Shown here: positions 61,199 through 64,000 of the stretch, piece after piece
Layout of the letters: every line of letters begins with the position of its first letter
Numbering within the stretch: the stretch's first letter is position 1
Assembly (NCBI GenBank): GCA_963713825.1
Contig: CAVQNG010000003.1
Coordinates: 416,001-480,000, forward strand
Length of the DNA stretch: 64,000 nt
DNA from: an uncultured Acidobacteriota bacterium
Lineage (GTDB): Bacteria > Acidobacteriota > Thermoanaerobaculia > Multivoradales > JAHEKO01
Direction: 5' to 3'
The notes under the pieces: generated by a model
Seen by the model: only the letters and a program-made list of their open reading frames with translations
What the model was told of the DNA's origin: nothing
Databases searched by the model: none
Translations under genes and position numbers: made by a program

Positions 61199-61544
61199 GG
61201 ACCACACGGGCATTGAGTGGACTCTCGGTGTAGGGGCGTCCCTTGCGGGCACCCGCAGGAGGGGGCAAGCCACTCCCCTACAAAGTGAATTTCTGGAATG
61301 GCGGAGAGGAAGGGATTCGTACACGGAGGGGCAGGCGCGGGGATGCAGTGTCGGCGACCATCGGGAGGCAACCCTTGGACCGCGTGAACGGTCGCCGGTT
61401 TTCAACACCTCCGGTTCCCTACTACTGACAACACTCCACAGCAACTGACAACTAAGCGACGGGGCTTCTTGGGCAGAGGGGATTGTTGTGGTCGATGCCG
61501 AGGGTTGTGGTTGGTTGTGGCTTCGGGGACCAGGAGTGGACCAC
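61199..61544 (+). repeat. Composite intergenic module, copy 8 (most complete)
   Basis: GGACCAC-GGGCATTGAGT, REP, tRNA-Ser fragment, CTGACAAC boxes, GATTGTTGTGGTCGATGC, GGACCAGGAGTGGACCAC; GGACCAC occurs at both ends. Confidence 0.92.
61299..61409 (-). pseudogene. tRNA-Ser 3' fragment with a 50-bp insertion in the T loop
   Basis: Removing 61320-61369 gives GGTGTTGAAAACCGGCGACCGTTCACGCGGTCCAAGGGTTCGAATCCCTTCCTCTCCGCCA on the minus strand. Confidence 0.88.
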
Positions 61545-61599
61545 GACCTGTACAATGAGGTGACCTTCTCGACCACGTTGACCCGGGACGAGCCGACTC

Positions 61600-61686
61600 A
61601 TGATCGGCAAGACGCTTTCTCACTTCAAGATTACCGCCAAGCTCGTCAAAGGCGGGGTGGGGGAGGCGTATCGGGCCGAGGACATA
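61600..61686 (+). pseudogene. Ser/Thr kinase N-terminal stub
   Basis: MIGKTLSHFKITAKLVKGGVGEAYRAED versus [28 protein letters not shown] at 15409; stops a few codons later. Confidence 0.88.
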
Positions 61687-61715
61687 GCCGTTCTCACCGC
61701 CCAGTGATTTCTCTA

Positions 61716-63347
61716 GTGCTTCGCATCGCCTATCTGCTCCCCACAGCCTTGATCTTCCTGGCCTGTTCGGCTGAGCCCGCTGGCGAAGGCACTCCACTGC
61801 AAAGCAAGCCGTCCCGCGCCACCTCCATTGCCGAACTGCAGGCGCTCGTTTCCACCGACTGGGTGTCGGTGTACGACCCCGACCGCGCTTGGAGCGGCTA
61901 CACCCTGGATCTCTACAATCGCAGAATCCCAATCCTGTTCGATATGAACGGTCGCATTGCCCATGCCTGGCCAGAAACCCGAGTCAAAGCGAGAGCGCGG
62001 CTACTTCCAAACGGATCTCTACTCGCTATCGGTCTCGACCGAACGATCGAAGAGTATGACTGGGATGGGAAGCTCGTCTGGCAGGCCAAGGTGGAAGGGA
62101 AAGTTCCGCATCACGATGTCGGCCGCCTCGGTAACGGCAATACGGTCGTCATCATCGCGACCAAGGGCGTCCCTACCGACGACATCGTCGAGTTCGACCG
62201 GCAGGGCAAGGTCGTTTGGGAATGGAAGGCCGCCGAGCATCTCTCCTTCTACTGGACCGATCGGGAGATCGATCGCTCGGACATCACCCACATCAACTCG
62301 GTAAAGGAGCTCCCGAACAATCGCTGGTGGGACGCCGGTGACGAACGTTTCCGGCCTGGAAACTTGCTGATCAGCGCAAGAAATCTCGATGCCGTCTTCA
62401 TCATCGACAAGGCGTCGAAAGAGATCGTCTGGTCCTACGACATTCGTCTCGACCGCCAGCACGAAGCTGTGATGACCGAATCGGGGCTTCCCGGCGAGGG
62501 TAACATCCTGATCTTCAACAACGGTCTCCAAGACAAGTATCGAATGCGCAGTAGCACGGTCATCGAGATCGACCCTACGACCCTTGCGACCCTCTGGGAG
62601 TATCGGTCAGACACATTCTTCTCGCAGACCGGTGGTGTCGAACAAGCTCTCCCGAACGGCAACGTGATGATCACCTCTAGCCTCGGAGGGCGGATCTTCG
62701 AGGTGACCCGGGATGGAGACATGGTGTGGGAATGGACACCTGCCTACAAACCGATGAGGCCGAACCGCTACAGTTACGATTTCTGTCCGCAGCTCGAGTC
62801 GATGGGCCGACCCGAGGAGCTGTGGGTCGAGGACGATCCAGACTATCGACATGTCGATCGGCCTCTTTATCTGTTCGCAAGAAAGCCGGCCCTTCATACA
62901 ATCCCGATCCAAGGCGAGGACCGCAAGGTCTTGAAAGACTCCTCGGCCTGCAGAGATGTCCTTATTCCTGCCGAGGCCTCTCTTCGGCTGACGTTCTTCC
63001 TCGATACGGACGAAATCGAGCACGCCGGACTGGGCGAAACCTCCGGGCGCTTCAGGGCGAGTCTGCGCCCGTCGGGGAGTTCCGAGGAAATCGAGATTCT
63101 GAATGAAGTTGTTTCGCAACCGACCAGCAAGCCTAGACATCGTACCGTCAACCTGGAGGACTGGGCCTACAAGAGAGCGACACTGTGTATCGAGGCCGAT
63201 CGATACGGTCGGTGGCAAAACCCAGACATCCGGACAGCCCGCGCGCGAGTCGACACCGCTAGCTCGAACAAGCTGAGGATAGAGATGACCGAGGAAGAGC
63301 TCCGCGTTCGCCTCGAACACCTCGAAGCCCTCGGTTATGTCGAGTGA
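61716..63347 (+). CDS. Arylsulfotransferase (ASST)-like beta-propeller lipoprotein
   Basis: FLAC lipobox, PHHD, THINSV, LLISARN, QHEA, LPNGNVMIT. GTG 61716 chosen because the ORF-track start runs through the repeat. Confidence 0.8.
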   Translation: MLRIAYLLPTALIFLACSAEPAGEGTPLQSKPSRATSIAELQALVSTDWVSVYDPDRAWSGYTLDLYNRRIPILFDMNGRIAHAWPETRVKARARLLPNGSLLAIGLDRTIEEYDWDGKLVWQAKVEGKVPHHDVGRLGNGNTVVIIATKGVPTDDIVEFDRQGKVVWEWKAAEHLSFYWTDREIDRSDITHINSVKELPNNRWWDAGDERFRPGNLLISARNLDAVFIIDKASKEIVWSYDIRLDRQHEAVMTESGLPGEGNILIFNNGLQDKYRMRSSTVIEIDPTTLATLWEYRSDTFFSQTGGVEQALPNGNVMITSSLGGRIFEVTRDGDMVWEWTPAYKPMRPNRYSYDFCPQLESMGRPEELWVEDDPDYRHVDRPLYLFARKPALHTIPIQGEDRKVLKDSSACRDVLIPAEASLRLTFFLDTDEIEHAGLGETSGRFRASLRPSGSSEEIEILNEVVSQPTSKPRHRTVNLEDWAYKRATLCIEADRYGRWQNPDIRTARARVDTASSNKLRIEMTEEELRVRLEHLEALGYVE

Positions 63348-63369
63348 CCTGGAACTCCCCCCGCATCGC

Positions 63370-63420
63370 AACCTCGATGTCGTTGATGGACTCCAGAGCG
63401 CGCCGTAGCGTGCCTCGAGC
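63370..63420 (-). pseudogene. Stub of a LytTR-type receiver N-terminus
   Basis: ARGTLRRALESINDIEV versus ARGTLRRALDSMKDVEV in the gene at 1319-2104. Confidence 0.7.
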
Positions 63421-63485
63421 GACCTGCCCTTCACTCAAGAGAAAAAACCTATGAGTCCGACTGGAGATCAAGACCGAAACCCTGT

Positions 63486-63640
63486 GGAACTCTCTGCCAT
63501 TGGCAGGCCCTCCCCTGCGTCCTCCAGTTCACAACACCTGACAACGAAGCGACGGGGCTTCACTGCCAGGCGTGATTGTTGTGGTCGATGCTCAAGAGTG
63601 GTGGTTAGTTGCGGTCAAATGGACCGATAGTGAACCAAGA
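63486..63640 (+). repeat. Composite intergenic module, copy 9
   Basis: GAACTCTC, REP 3' half, CACAACACCTGACAACGAAGCGACGGGGCTT, GATTGTTGTGGTCGATGC, GGACCGATAGTGAACCA. Confidence 0.9.
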
Positions 63641-63812
63641 CGAGTACCACCTTGGCCTCAACGCTCAACTCAAGACGACATCCTACGGCTCTTCTCGAGG
63701 GCGAACCACACCCCAATACTGGCTGCACTGCTGGCTGCCGAAACCAGACCACTGTCGAGATTGACTGACCTGTCAACTGCGATAACCTGCAGAAACCGAC
63801 ACCGGACGATCC

Positions 63813-64000
63813 ATGAGCAGTACTCTTCTCCTCCTCGGCAAGGGCATCCTCGTCGTGCTCCTGTTCGTTGCGGCAGGAAACCCAGTCGTCTGCCTGACCC
63901 GTTGCCTTCGATCTCGCCCCTGGTACTCACGATGGGCCTACGCCTATCTCCTGGGAATCGTCATCGTGTGCAGTTCGGTATTTGCAGCTTCTCAATGGCT
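63813..64000 (+). CDS. Membrane protein, 5' part (runs off the right edge)
   Basis: Open frame MSSTLLLLGKGILVVLLFVAAG..WAYAYLLGIVIV with two hydrophobic segments. Confidence 0.5.
   Translation, partial: MSSTLLLLGKGILVVLLFVAAGNPVVCLTRCLRSRPWYSRWAYAYLLGIVIVCSSVFAASQW

Noticed and set aside
61488-61715. N-terminal extension of the ASST ORF
   Set aside because: It reads through the repeat module and an out-of-frame kinase stub; the signal peptide starts near 61716.
31268-63640. CRISPR array interpretation of the recurring repeat
   Set aside because: Copies are 100-350 bp, composite and kilobases apart; there are no regular spacers and no cas genes.
31268-63640. Classical integron attC cassettes
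   Set aside because: No RYYYAAC...GTTRRRY box pairs were seen at gene ends, blocks hold several genes on both strands, and there is no intI.

Overview
A GC-rich bacterial accessory region with about 50 mostly unrelated genes. An Acidobacteriota origin is inferred from the ADOP-type permease, the carboxypeptidase-domain TonB receptor and the Hanks-type kinases. Recognisable genes include katG, rsgA, HMG-CoA synthase, a CoA-transferase A/B pair, Ser/Thr and His kinases, a sigma54 two-component system, transporters and a BLUF protein. No integrase, transposase, rRNA, intact tRNA or CRISPR array is visible. The main unexplained structure is non-coding: a composite intergenic module recurs nine times, always in the same orientation, between 31.3 and 63.6 kb. 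Its parts are a GGACCAC/ATTGAGT box, a GTAG-type REP hairpin, a reverse-strand tRNA-Ser 3' fragment and ~10-bp-periodic CTGACAAC boxes. The copies separate blocks of one to about seven genes, and at least eight short gene remnants occur in the window, which suggests a tRNA-att-based accretion or cassette array (inference). One block (38.5-45.0 kb) looks like a self-contained sigma54 regulon, with matching enhancer sites and -24/-12 promoters at both ends. All family calls come from reading motifs by eye; no database searches were run.
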